A stretch of DNA of 64,000 nucleotides, taken from positions 10,418,001-10,482,000 of the forward strand of contig NC_086109.1 in NCBI RefSeq assembly GCF_963921235.1, read 5' to 3'. The position numbers and the translations under genes were made by a program. Origin of the DNA: Mobula hypostoma (taxonomy: Eukaryota). Positions 50,986 through 64,000 of this stretch are shown one piece after another (position 1 is the first letter of the stretch; the number at the start of each line of letters is the position of its first letter). The notes under the pieces were generated by a model. It had not been told where the DNA came from and made no database searches. It saw only the letters and a program-made list of their open reading frames with translations.

Positions 50986-53900
50986 TGTAGCAGCAAAACC
51001 AAACTGAAACAATTGCTGCTGCCTGCAGTCCAATGATTTGTTATATTTGTATGACGCATCCTCACTCCAATAATCTTGCTCCAAAAGTGGAGGATCCTTC
51101 ATTAGCAAACATGCAATCTTGAAGCGATGAAACTTAAATGAACCCAAGTGTGTGTGATTGAGCTTTATTGAGTGATATTGAGGGATCAGCAAAAGATATG
51201 ACATCCGCCAGTCCCAAGCTACAAGCTGCAACAAAATAAACAAGAATACATGACTTATTCCCTTCACTTTTACCACGCTCCCATTCGTGAGACTAGTTAC
51301 CATAATAAGTACACAACCCAGAATACAATGCAGATAGAGAACAGATGCATGGCTGCTATATTCCAAACCCCTAATTATTTTACTAGAATAATTACAACTA
51401 TATGCTAATAGGACACAGGAGACATGAAATCTCAACATTTACACAAATGCTGCAAAATTTTGGGAAGCAGTCTATCTGGATTGTGATCTTCTAACAAACC
51501 AAGTTTTTCTTCTAGATTACATTCAGGGAAACCTGTCTCGAATGGTTTCCTCCTAAACTCATCCTAGCGCAAAACTGAAGTCCCATTGACTGTCAGCTCT
51601 TCCACCACCACAGTTTCCTTTCAAAGGCCCATTAAGAGTCCAACCCAGCATTGTTCTGATTGTATAGGGTCCATCATTAACACTGTGGATCATTTGCATG
51701 GGCTGTAGTGCCTTGGGTACATTCACCCCTATCAGCAGCTGAATTTCAACTTCATTTTCCAGCAAATGAACATGCTTTAAGTGAGGCCATTCCTGAAGAC
51801 CTCCCTGACGAGGAATGTTCCCTTTGTAGACAGGCATATATTCCTGTGTATAGATGTTAGGCAGTTCAGTTGTTTTCACTATCTAACCACTTCCAATCCT
51901 GAAACAACTTAGCTACTCACAACGTTCTCTTGACCTATGGTGTGTAAGAGAATGCATATTACTTTTCCTGTCAGGTTGAGCTTGTTCATGTGACTCACTA
52001 TGCAGAACACTGCCGTACTTCCTTAATCTAGGAAAGCATAAGTAGACACTGTCTTGTGACTCTTGGACTTCACCTGAACTGGAATTATAGGAAGTTCACA
52101 ATCCTCGTATGTACTCATAAATCCATTAGATATGAAGATGGTACTCACTGCCTTGTTTGCTTCATTCATAGCTTGTTTCAAATCTGCACCCTTTTCATCA
52201 GTTCTGGGCTTAGTTGAGCTTCACTTTGCCGAAGTAGTGGGATAGCCTCTTTCTTAGCTTGAGGATGAACTTGTGATCTAGTTTTGTTCACACCTTTAAT
52301 TACTGCCGGCAATGTAGCATTGTATTTTTTTCCCAAACACTGGGGGTGTAGCAACCTTTACTTCTCTTTCAATGAAATCAACAATGTCAGTGTAAGTAGC
52401 CTTGCCTTTCTTTCTGTTTACAGACTGCCGATCTCCACTCCCAAAATTTATCGGGCAATTTATTTATGACAATCCTCATATTAGCCCGCATTTCTAACTC
52501 GCGCATTTACTGCATGTCTTCCATGGCATTGCAACAGCCTCTAAGGAAAAGACTGGAATCTTGAAATGCTTTCACGCCTTCTGATTTAAAATGTGGCCAA
52601 GAAAGAGCCTTTTCCATGTAGGCTGCAGCAATTTTGTGCTCATCACCAAAATGTTCATGCAGTAAAGCTTGGGCCTTTAAATATCCTTGCTCCAGGCTGG
52701 CTTACTGGCAACTTTTGATGAGCTCGCTGGGGTAACATCCAGTGAACTGTTTGAGAAAATAGAGACGGTCACCATAATTGTAAGTCTTGCCTTCAAAGCT
52801 ATTCTTGAAAGCCCTCATATATGAATAATACTGCAATGGATTGCCATCAAAGATTTGAATCTCTCTCTTAGAGATGCAATGCATTGTTGCATCATTGCTT
52901 GTTATTTCCTTTCACATGCTTATTATTTCCTTTGCGTCCTTATGGCCTCTAATGTAGCATTTTCACCTTTTTCATCTGAAACACGAGTAGTTTCATGCTG
53001 TAAATCAGTGTCCTCAGAAGCACCTTGTGTTATTGGATGTGGCATAGGTTCAGAGTGCCTCATTGGTGCAGGCTGAGTGTGAACACCCTGAACTACCCCT
53101 TGGGGTTTAATCTCGTGGCTCATAGGCATTTGTTCCTCAAAAATGTCTCCACATTGACATTGAGTATACTGGATTTTCTCTCTTCCATGCCAACATGGGA
53201 ACTCTCAGCATAGAACTGTCGTACTAGAGCATGTTTGGCATTTATAGCCCTTGAAGCCCTTAGCACTTTAACCCTGGCCATCTTGGCTGCAATTTCTTCC
53301 TTCAACTTAAACTGCTCCTGGTTTCTTCAAAGCTGTTCCATCTTTTCTTCCAATGCGTGTTTATCTCACAATATTTGTTGTCTTGCGCATAACTCAGCCT
53401 CCATTCTGATGTGAGCTGATGAGGTATCAGATGTATGGAGCACTTTCCTAGCAAGAGAACGTGCTGCGTGTTAGACAGGCTGTCTTCAGCTTTATATGTA
53501 GTCAAAGCCCGTTCTGTGGCTTTATAAATATTTTCCTCTCCTCTAGCAATCTAACCTTTAATTTCTCTTTTAGTCTTGACTTCAAGGTCACTGCTTCCAG
53601 CTTGACTCGTGTTGTTTTCCAAGTGCACGAACCAGACAAAATGGCAAATTCAATTCGGCTGTCGACAGTCAAAGCAGTATTTCAATTCAACGTTTCAACA
53701 GAACTAAGGATCAAACTATTCAGGCAAACACCACTGTTCAAAAGCTGATTGTTCAAAGCTGTGTTCAGATCCAGACACATAGCATGAACCAACAAAAGGT
53801 TGTTACTTGCCATAAGTTGCTCCAGGTTGCAGTTCTAATTTCATGGACACATCCGAATACTGATGTTCATTTGGTATAGCTGTTCAAAACTTTTGCTGAC

Positions 53901-54299
53901 AGAATGAAGCAGCAAAACTAGAATAGCTGCCACTGCCTGCGACCCTGTGGATTTGTTATACTTGCATGACGTGCCCTCACTCTAATAATGTTGCTCCAAA
54001 AGATGAGGATATGTATTCAATCCTTTATATGCAATTAGCAAACACACAATCTTGAAGGGATGAAACTTAAGCGTACCCAAGTGTAAGCGAAGCGTAATTG
54101 AGTGTCATTGAGCCGTCAGCAAAAGATACAGTATCTGCTGGTCCCAAGCTACAAACTGCAATGAAATAAGCAAGAATATGTGACTTCTTCCCTTTGTTTT
54201 TACCACGCCCCCCCCCCGCCACTCATGGGACTAGTTCCTATAATAAACGCGTAGCACGGAATACAGTGCAGATAGAGAAAAGATGCATTGCTCTTCTAC
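50986..54299 (-). mobile_element. BEL/Pao LTR retrotransposon, degenerate and internally deleted
   Basis: Diverged direct LTRs at 50986-51360 and 53905-54299; 5-bp TSD CCATC; purine tract next to the 3' LTR. Gag remnant IFDGNPLQY...DRLYFLKQFTG; protease-region remnant LLIGVNVPKALQP...GPYTIRTMLGWTLNGPL. Confidence 0.85.
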
Positions 54300-54339
54300 C
54301 CATCCTTTCCAATCTCTCCTCATAACTGAAGCACTGTAT

Positions 54340-55180
54340 TTCCATAAGACCACAGACCATAAGACAAAGGACCAGATGTTGGCCATTCGGCCCATCGAGT
54401 CTGCTCTGCCATCTTATCATGAGCTGATCCATTCTCCCATTTAGTCCCACTCCCCCGCCTTCTCACCATAACCTTTGATGCCCTAGCTACTCAGATACCT
54501 ATCAATCTCTGCCTTAAATACACACAATGACTTGGCCTCCACTGCTGCCCGTGGCAACAAATTCCATAGATTCACCACCCTCTGACTAAAAAAGTTTCTC
54601 GCATTTCTGTTCTGAATGGGCGCCCTTCAATTCTTAAGTCATGCCCTCTCGTACTAGACTCCCCCATCATGGGAAACAACTTTGCCACATCCACTCTGTC
54701 CATGCCTGTCAACATTTGAAATGTTTCTATGAGGTCTCCCCTCATTCTTCTAAACTCTGAAGAATACAGTCCAAGAGCAGACAAACGTTCCTCATATGTT
54801 AACCCTCTCATTCCTGGAATCATTCTAGTGAATCTTCTCTGTACCCTCTCCAACGTCAGCACATCCTTTCTTAAATAAGGAGACCAAAATTGCCCACAGT
54901 ACTCCAAGTGAGGTCTCACCAGTGCTTTATAGAGCCTCAACATCACATCCCTGCTCCTATACTCTATTCCTCTAGAAATGAATGCCAACATTGCATTCGC
55001 CTTCTTCACTACCAACTCAACCTGGAGATTAACCTTAAGGGTATCCTGTACGAGGACTCCCAAGTCCCGTTGCATCTCAGAACTTTGAATTTTTTCCCCA
55101 TTTAAATAATAGTCTGCCCGTTTATTTCTTCTGCCAAAGTGCATAACCATACACTTTCCAACATTGTATTTCATTTGCAA
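54340..55180 (-). mobile_element. CR1-clade LINE 3' fragment (young)
   Basis: Open ORF2 C-terminus KKANAMLAFISRGIEYRSRDVMLRLYKALVRPHLEYC.QFWSPY...ERVQRRFTRMIPG; short-repeat 3' tail. Confidence 0.9.
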
Positions 55181-58100
55181 CATCCTGGTAAATCTCCGCA
55201 CCCTTTCCATTGCAATTGCTTTCCTTTACTGTAGTGATGTCAATAGCCCACAATACTTTAGCATAACCAACATTTATCAAGATGTACCATAACCTTTTTG
55301 CTCTTGTGTTTTATGTCTCAGTGTACAAAGGCAAGTATCATGTGTGCTTTTTAAAATTTTTCTCATCTGTTTATGCTTCCATCTTTGGTACCTTTGGTCT
55401 TCTACACCCTCAGAGCTCCCTCTGTTCTTCAATAGTTCCTAGACCCATGCCAAGTATTTTGCCCATTCAGGACCTCCCACAGTGTGAGGTGTATAGCGAT
55501 ATTACAAAATTGACGATGATGCACTAACTCTTTAAACATCTCGTCTTTTTCTCCCCATCAATGTTAAAAACCATCTCGACATCAAGATCTTGCAGCATTG
55601 TAAATGAATTGCAGGAATTCAAGATGTCACTGTTTCCTCGTATCTTGTGCTGAATCCTTTGGGTTAATGCTAGGTCAGTTATAATGAAGCAAAAATTCAG
55701 TAATCTAGTTAGCCTGTGTATATTTTGTAAGAAGTACATATTGTGAGAAAAAAAAAATTGAATTCTTCTGTAATTGTTTGCAGTCCTTTTAGAGAAAGTC
55801 CCTGAACAGAAGCTTTATCTCCTTTGTACAATTTTCATTCAAAATAATCTTGTACACAAGTCTCTGCTTTATGAAGCTATTTCCTATTCTTCACTTATGA
55901 AAAATGATTTTAATTAGATAATTTTGTTTTGTTGCTAACCTTTATTAGATTGACCCTCAGATTTGCTGGAGACACATGCCAGTGACAATAAACCTAATTC
56001 TGAAGATTTCCAACACCCGGATATTGCCTGAGATCAAGCTGTTCAGTCATGAGAGACAAGAGAATGTAGATGCTGATAGTATCACAGTTAGCGTAACATA
56101 TTACTTACCAGCTGTAAGACCGGCATTCAATTCCTACTGCTGTCTGTAATAAGTTTTGTATGTTTCTCCCGTGACCACACCGATTTCCCCTGGATACTTT
56201 GATTTTCTCCCACATTTCAAAGATGTACAAGTTAGGGTTAGTAAGTCATGCTTACAGCCATGTGACCAATTAATCTACTAATGTGTATGTCTTTGCAATG
56301 TGAGAGGAAACCCACGTCACGGAGAATGTACAAACTCTTTACCGACAGCAGAACTGAACCAGTGTTACTGCCACTATAATAGCATTACACTAACCACTAT
56401 GCTAGATACTAGGGTTCAGAAAGCTGCTGTCTCTTTCAATGGTAGATAACTGAATGGCAGGCTTAGGGCAAGAGGGAAAGAGATTTAGAGGGGCCTATGG
56501 AGTATCCAGTATTCATTGTCTGAATGAGTGGTTGAAGCTGAGTTGTTAACAGCATTTTAAAGAGTTTAGAAAAGTTTGAATTGCTTGGGCTTAGAAGTCT
56601 ATGGACCAAGTGCTGGGCAAAGAGTGACCACTGATGGATGGATGGGTTGGGCTGAATGGCCATTCTCCACATTGTAATGTTCTGTAAAAACTAAATGAGT
56701 CTGGGTCTAAACCTAAGACCTAGGTGCCACCTGAGAAATTTAAACACGAGATTCTGCAAATGCTAGAAATACCAACATACAGAAGATGCTGGACGAACTC
56801 AGCAAGTCAAGCAGCATCTGCAGAGGAGAATAATGTCCTGATGAAGAATCTCCGTTCAAAATGTCGACTGCTTATTCCCCTACAAGATGCTGCCTGGACT
56901 GCTTAAGTTCCTCCAAGTATTTTGAATCTGTGAAACTTGCTTTTAATAGTATTAAATGAGGAAATATGGTATAAATGTCTCCACTTTAACCCCCATCAGG
57001 ATACCAAGTATTATTAAAAGGCACAGTGGGTTCATTTGGTTAACCGACCAAACATGGAAAGGCTGGATAGAGTAGTCGTTTCCATTAGTTGGGAGAGAGG
57101 ACCAGAGGACATCGCCCCAAAATAGAGGGATGTTCCTTGGGAAGAGAGACGAGGAGGGATTTCTTAATGCAGTGGCTGGTGAATCTAGAATTTAGTGCCT
57201 CAAACAACTGTGGAGCCAAGTCATAGGGTATATCTAAAGTGGAAGCTGGTAGATTCTTGATTAGTGTCAAAGGTTATGGGAAGAAGGCAAGGAAATGGGG
57301 TTGAGAGGGGTAATAAATCGGCCATGATGGAATGGCGGTGCAGACTCGATGGGCCAAGTGGCTTAATTCTGCTCCTATGTCTTATGTTTTTCTTATAAAT
57401 TGAGGGGATGGAGTGGTGGAACAGAATAGCAATGACAGTCTTGGATTTATCATTTAGTCTATAAGGCAGGAACAGTAATAAATTATTGCCAATTACATTG
57501 CAATGAAGTCTGAAATCAAAGCCAGTGAGTTGACAAGAATGCCTTTCCCAAGATTGGTTTGTTAAAAAAGGAACAGTCTAGTTCATCAGCTGGCTGCGAA
57601 TGTGGTTGAAATAAAAAGTGCTAATGACTAGAGATGAAAATGTGTGGGTAGAGCTGTGCAAAAGGACATTATTTTCAATACTGGCTTAAGATTTGGGTTC
57701 TTTTCCAAACACACATGGGAGTAAGGTTTACAAGAAGTATAAATGAGCCCTTGTGGGATTGTAATTACAGAATTGTTTCAAGTCATAAGAGATGTAATTC
57801 AGCATGTGAAAGTTACTTGTTTAATGGAGAAGAGTGAAAATAGAGAGCAGGGAAGTGAATCTGTAGCAGATGATGAGATTGTGAATGTGGTTAGGTTGTC
57901 AGTGAGATTTGTAAAGTGTTAAACTAATGACTTGTTATAGTTGTAGGCTTTAGAATTTGTAGAAACTGATTGGAGAAGACTGGCTTAATTGCCAAGGTTG
58001 TCCACCAAGATACTTATTTATCACAGTTAAAAACACGAGAAAGTCTGCAGATGCTAGAACTCCAAAGCAACACACAAACAATCCTGGAGGAATTCAGCAG

Positions 58101-59316
58101 GTCAGGCAGCATCTGTGGAAATTAATAGATAGTCGACGTTTCGGGTTGAGACCCTTCTTCAAGACCGAGAAGGAAGGGGGGGGGGGAGATGCCAGAATAA
58201 AAAGGTGGGAGGGGAAGAAGGCTAGCTGGACTTCTATTAAAGTTCTGCTGTTTTTAATAAATGTTTATATAGAACTGAAGAGTATAGCAAAGGAACAGGC
58301 CCTTCAGCCCACTATGTTGTACAGAACAAAGTAAATCAGTTATCAAATGGCCAACCAAACTGATCCCTTATGCCTGGACAATGCCCACGTCCTTCCACTT
58401 TCCTCACATTCATGTACCTATTAAACGTCTTTTAAAAATCCCTTGTGCATCTTCTTTTACCACCAGCCCAGGCAGCACATTCCACGCACTCAAACTGAGT
58501 ATATTAAAAAAAATTGATCCTCACGCCTTCTTTGAAATTTTCCCCTCTCACATTAAATGCATCCTTGTATGTGCAATGAATAATGAATGTTTACTTAAAT
58601 TTTATCCTGCTGCTACTTTTGAGGGATCGGTTCCTCCACATGAGCTTTTCAAATTCTTTTTAAAGCTCAAACTAAAATCATTCTCCATGCACCAAAAGCA
58701 GAAAATTGACTTCATCTATTGTAGCAACAACCACTTTAAAACTGAATAACATTTTTCTTTTTAATGTCAAGTGTGATGACATGAGAATGCTGTGTCTCAA
58801 TTAAATTGTTTTTCCTTAAAGGTAGGAAAACTTGTTATTCTAAGGTGCTGGAATTGATGACGACAGTTGAGAAAATTGTATGTCAAGTGCTCTGAAACTT
58901 CCTGAATGGTGCTGTAAAATGCAAGTCTTTTCCTCTCTGGATATTTTTGTATGCTACGTATTTCCTGAGATAAAAGACGCATAATCTTAATTCTTAGTGG
59001 AATCCTTTAAACTTCTCATTAGATTAGGGGTTTCCAACCTGGGAACCAAGGACCCCTTGTTTACTGGTGGGGGTCCATGGTATAAAAAAGGCTGGGAACC
59101 CCTGGATTAGAAGGTTGTATAGTATGGACAACGTCAGGAGGAATGTCAGAAGAACATTTTAATGGAGAATGAAGCAGTCTCCTATATGTATAAAAGCATC
59201 CCTGTCTCATTTTCTCCTCTGCTTTACCCATGCAAATAGTTTGTCTTTGCCACAGTGAAAATTCTAACTTTTTAAATTTTCTTGTGTCGAAATGCATTGT
59301 ACACAAGCAAAGTTTC

Positions 59317-59875
59317 CCAGTGGCAAACCATTTAAATTCCCATTTTGACATGTTTATCCATGGCCTCCGGTCAAGATGAGGCCATTCTCAGGTTAGAGGA
59401 GCAAGACCTTGTATTCTATCTGAGTAACCTCCAACCATATGGCATAAGCATTGATTTTTTTTTTGGTCTAAGTTATGATAATTTCATCCCCACCCCTTCA
59501 TTTTCCATTCCTCTTTCTGGCTCCCCTTAAATCCTTTCTCTTATTTGCCCATCACCTCCCTCTAGTGTCCTCCCTCCTTTCCTTTCTCTCATGGTCCACT
59601 CTCCTCTCTGATCAGATTCCTCCTTCATCCCTTTACCTTTCCTACTTATCACCTCCCAACTTTTCACTTCATCCCCTCTTCCCCCACCCACAGATCATTC
59701 CCCTCACTGGCTTCACCTATAACCTAGCTTGTACTCCTTCCCCTCGCTCCACCTTATTCTGGTTTCTTTCTCCTTCCTTTCTAGTTCTGATGAAGGGTCA
59801 CAGCATGAAATATTAACTCTTTATTCATGTCCATTGATGCTGTCTGACCTGCTGAGTTCCTCCAGCATGTATGTG
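59317..59875 (+). mobile_element. Older PLE 3' fragment
   Basis: GIY-YIG C-terminal remnant QDEAILRLEEQDLVFYLSNLQPYGISIDF, then a pyrimidine-rich tract and a decayed CTGATGAAGGGTC...GAAA motif near 59785. Confidence 0.7.
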
Positions 59876-60074
59876 TTATCATTTGAAGTTGGTGTAATAC
59901 ACTGGAACGTAATCACTTGCATATTTCTGTATTATGTGACTAAAGAATTTAAAGCTCTTCTTTGGAGTTTAGAAAACTTACTAAAATTGCCCCTCATTCT
60001 TCTAAACATTAAAGGACATGGTTGATGTAGAGATTTTTTTTCATGCATAGGAGAATGTTGAATAAGAAGACATA

Positions 60075-60751
60075 GTAGGAGGGGAAGAGAAGATGGCGCG
60101 ACGCAGCGCGCGCGGCCGCTCCGAAATGATATCGTATTTGTTAAATAGGTACTGTGCACAATCCTGATTTGATGGAGACAGACGTGAGAAGCACGGAGGA
60201 ACATCTGGAGAAACTTCTGAAATGCCTGCTTCGCTGCCGTTGCTACTGTGCGATCGAGAATCTCCGGAGAGGGAAGCCCCAAATCCTCGGCTTTGCCTAT
60301 TGCCTGTTGCTGGGGCCGGGGTCGAAGCGCTCGGCAGAGATGGTGCTCGGTGTCAGAGGGCTGGTTTGAGGCTCAAAGTTTTCGGACGGACTCAAGAGTT
60401 GGCTGTGGTCGGGTGCTTCCAGGGTGCTGCATCGGCAAGCTTGCGACGCTGGATGTTCATGGCAGGAGAGAGTTTCTCTTCCTTCCACCGTCTGCGTGAG
60501 ATGATGGGACTTTCGAGAGACTTTGAGACTTTTTTTAACCGTGCCCATGGTCTGTTCTTTATCAAATTATGGTATGGCTTTGCACTGCTGTAACTATATG
60601 TTATAATTATGTGTTTTTTGTCAGTTTTTTCCATCTTGGTTTGTCTTGTGTTTCTGTGATATTCTGAAAAAACATTGTATCATTTCTTAATGCATGCATT
60701 ACTAAATGACAATAAAAGAGGACTGTGTGTCCTCATAATCTAATCTAATCT
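60075..60751 (+). mobile_element. Non-autonomous LINE-dependent element
   Basis: CpG-rich head starting AAGATGGCG; 3' AATAAA followed by a (TAATC)n tail; no credible ORF. Confidence 0.55.
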
Positions 60752-61000
60752 AGTTACACAATTGGAAATGGTCATTTAAAATTGAATTTTGAGAATATTT
60801 TGCCAGAGGGTTGTTGAGGCTGGATTGTAGGGAGCATTTAAAGAGGAAGCAGATTAAGTTTTGAAGGAGGAATTGAGAGCCATGAAGGAAACTGGCACAG
60901 AAGAGGAAATGACACCAGGGCAGAGGGTTATGATTGTATGGAATATTGTCATGCTTGAGGAGCTGACTGGCCTTGTGTTTTATGGTTCTGTCAGATAGAT

Positions 61001-62209
61001 CAGCGGTCCCCAATCACCGGGCCGCAAAGCATGCGCTACCGGGCCGCAAGAAACGATATGATTTGGCGATATGAGTCAGCTGCACCGTTCCTCATTCTCT
61101 GTCATGCCCACTGTTGAGCCATTACGCATGCGAGGTCATTACCCGCGCATCATCCATGTCAGCGCGGGAAGAAGATTAACGCCTTGAGTTTGCAAACGAC
61201 GGCGGGCTGAAAAGTATGTTTCACATAACATCTCTGCCGGCATTTTGGATCTCAAAGTCAAGGCTAAATACCTGTATCCCAAGATAGCCACGAAAGCACT
61301 GAAAACGTTGCTTCCATTTCCAACATACCTCTGCAATGAATGCAACGAAAACTAAATTGCGTAATAGACTGAACATAAGGAACCCCCTTCGAGTATCGCT
61401 GTCTCCCATCACCCTTCGATAGGACCGTCTTGTTGCAGGAAAACAAGTCCAGGGCTCCCACTGATTCCGCGATATTGGTGTGTTGCAGTGATTTTATATG
61501 TTCATACCGGGAAAGTATGTGCTGTGTGTTTAATATCCAAACGTTACTTAAAATGTTATGATATTGACTTACTTATATAACCATATAGCAATTACAGCAC
61601 GGAAATAGGCCATCTCTGCCCTTCTAGTCCGTGCCGAACGCTACTCTCGCCTAGTCCCACCGACCTGCACTCAGCCCATAACCCTCCATTCCTTTCCTGT
61701 CCATATACCTATCCAATTTTTCTTTAAATGATAATATTCGAACCTGCCTCTACCACTTCTACTGGAAGTTCGTTCAACACTTACTTCAAGGTCCCCTGTC
61801 CTCCCCTGATAATTGACATCGCTATATTCATGCAAGGAAAATATGCGCTGTGTGTTTAATATTAGATTCGTTAGATAAACCCTTTTAGAAACGAAATTGA
61901 GTGTATTAGCCACTTATCACCTATATTCCGGTCGCGATTAACCCCCCTCCCCCCCCGAACAGAATTACCAAAAACGATTTGTAGAAAAAAGGCGGCGCGT
62001 ATACGCATGCGCAAATCACACATGCGCACTGGTGCCCGCGCAAGGCTTCATGGTCATTGTAGTCTCGGGGTAAACAACGTATTTAACTGCTACTCTTGTC
62101 CGTTGGCAACCCTACCACCCCCCGCCCCCCCCCCCCCGGGTCGGCCGGTCCGCAAGAACATTGTCAATATGAAACCGGTCCGCAGTGCAAAAAAGGTTGG
62201 GGACCCCTG
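61001..62209 (+). mobile_element. hAT (Charlie/Buster-like) element with transposase C-terminal remnant
   Basis: TIRs CAGCGGTCCCCAA / TTGGGGACCCCTG; perfect TSD AGATAGAT. Frameshifted hATC-like peptide (SLPAFW...YPKIATKALKTLLPFPT...TKTKLRNRLN...KQVQGSH) at about 61200-61463; CR1-tail insert at about 61590-61790. Confidence 0.85.
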
Positions 62210-62799
62210 AGATAGATAATTGTTTTATCCAAATCAGCTAATTGGGATTGCAAGTGCCTTCCTGTTAATTGAGCAAAACTTCAGAACATCTTTTGGTCTT
62301 TGAAGTAAACCATTCAGCACATTGAGTCTATGCCAGTTCCTGCTTGAACTTTCAGGTTAATCACGTTCTCTGCTGTTTTCTACAAAGTGCTTCAAATTAT
62401 TCCCTTTTAAGTACCTTTCCAGTTCTTTGTTCAGAAATTTCAATTTGACTCTCCACCAGTGATAAACCCCATGTGTTCTGTGGCTGGTATTCTGCATAGG
62501 AGAGTAAAACTATCTTTTTTATCTTCTGGGCTTCCAAGTTGTTGAATCTTCCACTAGTTGAACAGGGCAAGATCTTGTACACCTTAAGCAAACCTGTCAA
62601 GTCTTTGTTTCAAGGAGCTCCCAGCTTTTTCAGCCTAATCCTATTGCTGAAATTTCTTGATGGATTACAGCTCTCAACAGTACAAAGTAATAACTTATCC
62701 CCAGTATTAGCTTTTATCTCCTCTGATTTAATTGACCATCCACACCACCACCAGCCACACATTTATTACCTCTTTCTAATTGGCCCTACTACATGTTAA

Positions 62800-63990
62800 T
62801 CAGAATCTTCCAGATCTCACCTGACAAAGGACACTTGTGCCAGAATGCTGCTTCTGAATTTCATTTCAGTGTTCAACGCTATTGTCCCACAGACCTCTGT
62901 GAACAAACTCCTACTCCTCGGTCTAAATACACCACCGTGCAACTGGGTGTTGGACTTATTAATGAACAAACCTCAAAAGTCAGGATGCCCAACTTCTCCC
63001 CCTCAACATGAGTACCCCCCAGGGCTATGTGCTGAGCCATTGCAGTACACTCTGCTTGTATGTGACTGCACGGCCAAACATTTGAGTGATCACATCATCA
63101 AGTTTGCCAATGACACAACAGAGGAAGAGCTCATCAGCGATGATCATCTCTGTAGGTGGAAGAGCTCGAGGGTTGGTGTCAGGCAAATAACCTCTTCCTC
63201 AATGTCAAAAGGACAGGAGATGATTATCGACTTCAGAAGAACTCTCTCCACTTTTTATATCAGCAGCACAACAGTGGTAACTGCAAGCAGATTCAAACTC
63301 CTGGGAGTGCACATCACACACAACCTCTCATGGTACCAGAATACATCCTACACAGTCATGAAAGCTTACCAATGCCTCTACTTTTTGAGGAGGCTAAAGA
63401 GAACTGGAATTTGCATATCCGTACTCGCATCATTCTGCAGATGCATGAGCATCCGAACAAACTGCAGCAGTGCTTGGTATGAAAACCACACTGCTGCAGA
63501 CAGCAAGGCTCTATAGTGGGTATTCCAAACTACCCAGCGCACCAGCCTACCCTCCACCAAGGACATGTATATGGAAAGATGTTGGAAAATGACCAGTAGC
63601 ATTAAGAAGGATCCCACCCACCCTGTTTGTGGACAGTTTGCCCCACTCCTATCAGGGAGGTGACTACGCTGCATCCACACTAGGACCCCCAGATGTAAAA
63701 ACTGCTACTTTCCCTAAGCTGCAAGGCTGATCAACACCTCTACCCACTAACTCCTCCACTAACTTATTATTTCCCATTATTCACCTTGTGTATAGCCCAG
63801 CATCATTTTATGGAAAATCGATCAATCTATGTATATAAGCTATCTTATGTATTTATTGTTTTCTAAATATTATTGTATTCTTTATCTTTTGTGGGTTTTC
63901 TTGTGCTGCATCATATCTGGAGTAACAATTATTTAGTTCTCCTTACACTTGTGTACAGGAAATGGCATTAAACAATCTTGAATCTCAATC
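62800..63990 (+). mobile_element. Rex1/Babar-like LINE RT fragment with 3' tail
   Basis: FNAIVPQ..NKLLLLGL..CNWVLDLL, IIKFANDTT, FKLLGVHITHNLSW, KAYQCLYFLRRLKR. Many related 3' tails occur elsewhere (e.g. 6965-7410, 26300-27750, 45990-46450). Confidence 0.8.
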
Positions 63991-64000
63991 AAGATTCTCT

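Noticed and set aside
60154..60634. Several ORFs in a GC-rich block as a novel gene
   Set aside because: No recognisable domain or splice structure; they lie within a repeat-like element with a microsatellite tail.
45755..64000. Second coding exon of RAB29 (expected VDFALK...LQLWDIAG)
   Set aside because: Not found by eye; it probably lies beyond the window, though I could have missed a short exon.

Overview
Eukaryotic (vertebrate) genomic DNA. The repeat content (CR1, Rex/Babar, RTE, V-SINE and Penelope-like elements) suggests a cartilaginous fish, probably a ray; this is inferred, not searched. Two host genes lie on the + strand. The first is the last eight coding exons of the Mg2+ transporter SLC41A1 (6033-32995; 1062 nt spliced, 353 aa plus stop), with one GC-AG intron. 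The second is the promoter and first coding exon of RAB29/RAB7L1 (45634-45754), in the same order as the human PARK16 locus. Most remaining sequence is transposon-derived, and nearly all ORFs in the track are spurious or TE fragments. The most striking non-genic system is a family of Penelope-like retroelement (PLE) insertions. They carry a 36-nt minimal hammerhead-ribozyme motif with a loopless, palindromic stem III (4 intact copies, about a dozen decayed), and the three youngest share an inverted arm + tailed arm + 12-16 bp TSD architecture. One of them is a 1.0-kb near-perfect palindrome in an SLC41A1 intron. Also present are an internally deleted BEL/Pao LTR element, composite nested hAT elements, Tc1-like relics and a modular tRNA-SINE family. 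The RAB29 promoter holds a ZNF143 motif cluster and a CLEAR/M-box-like element.
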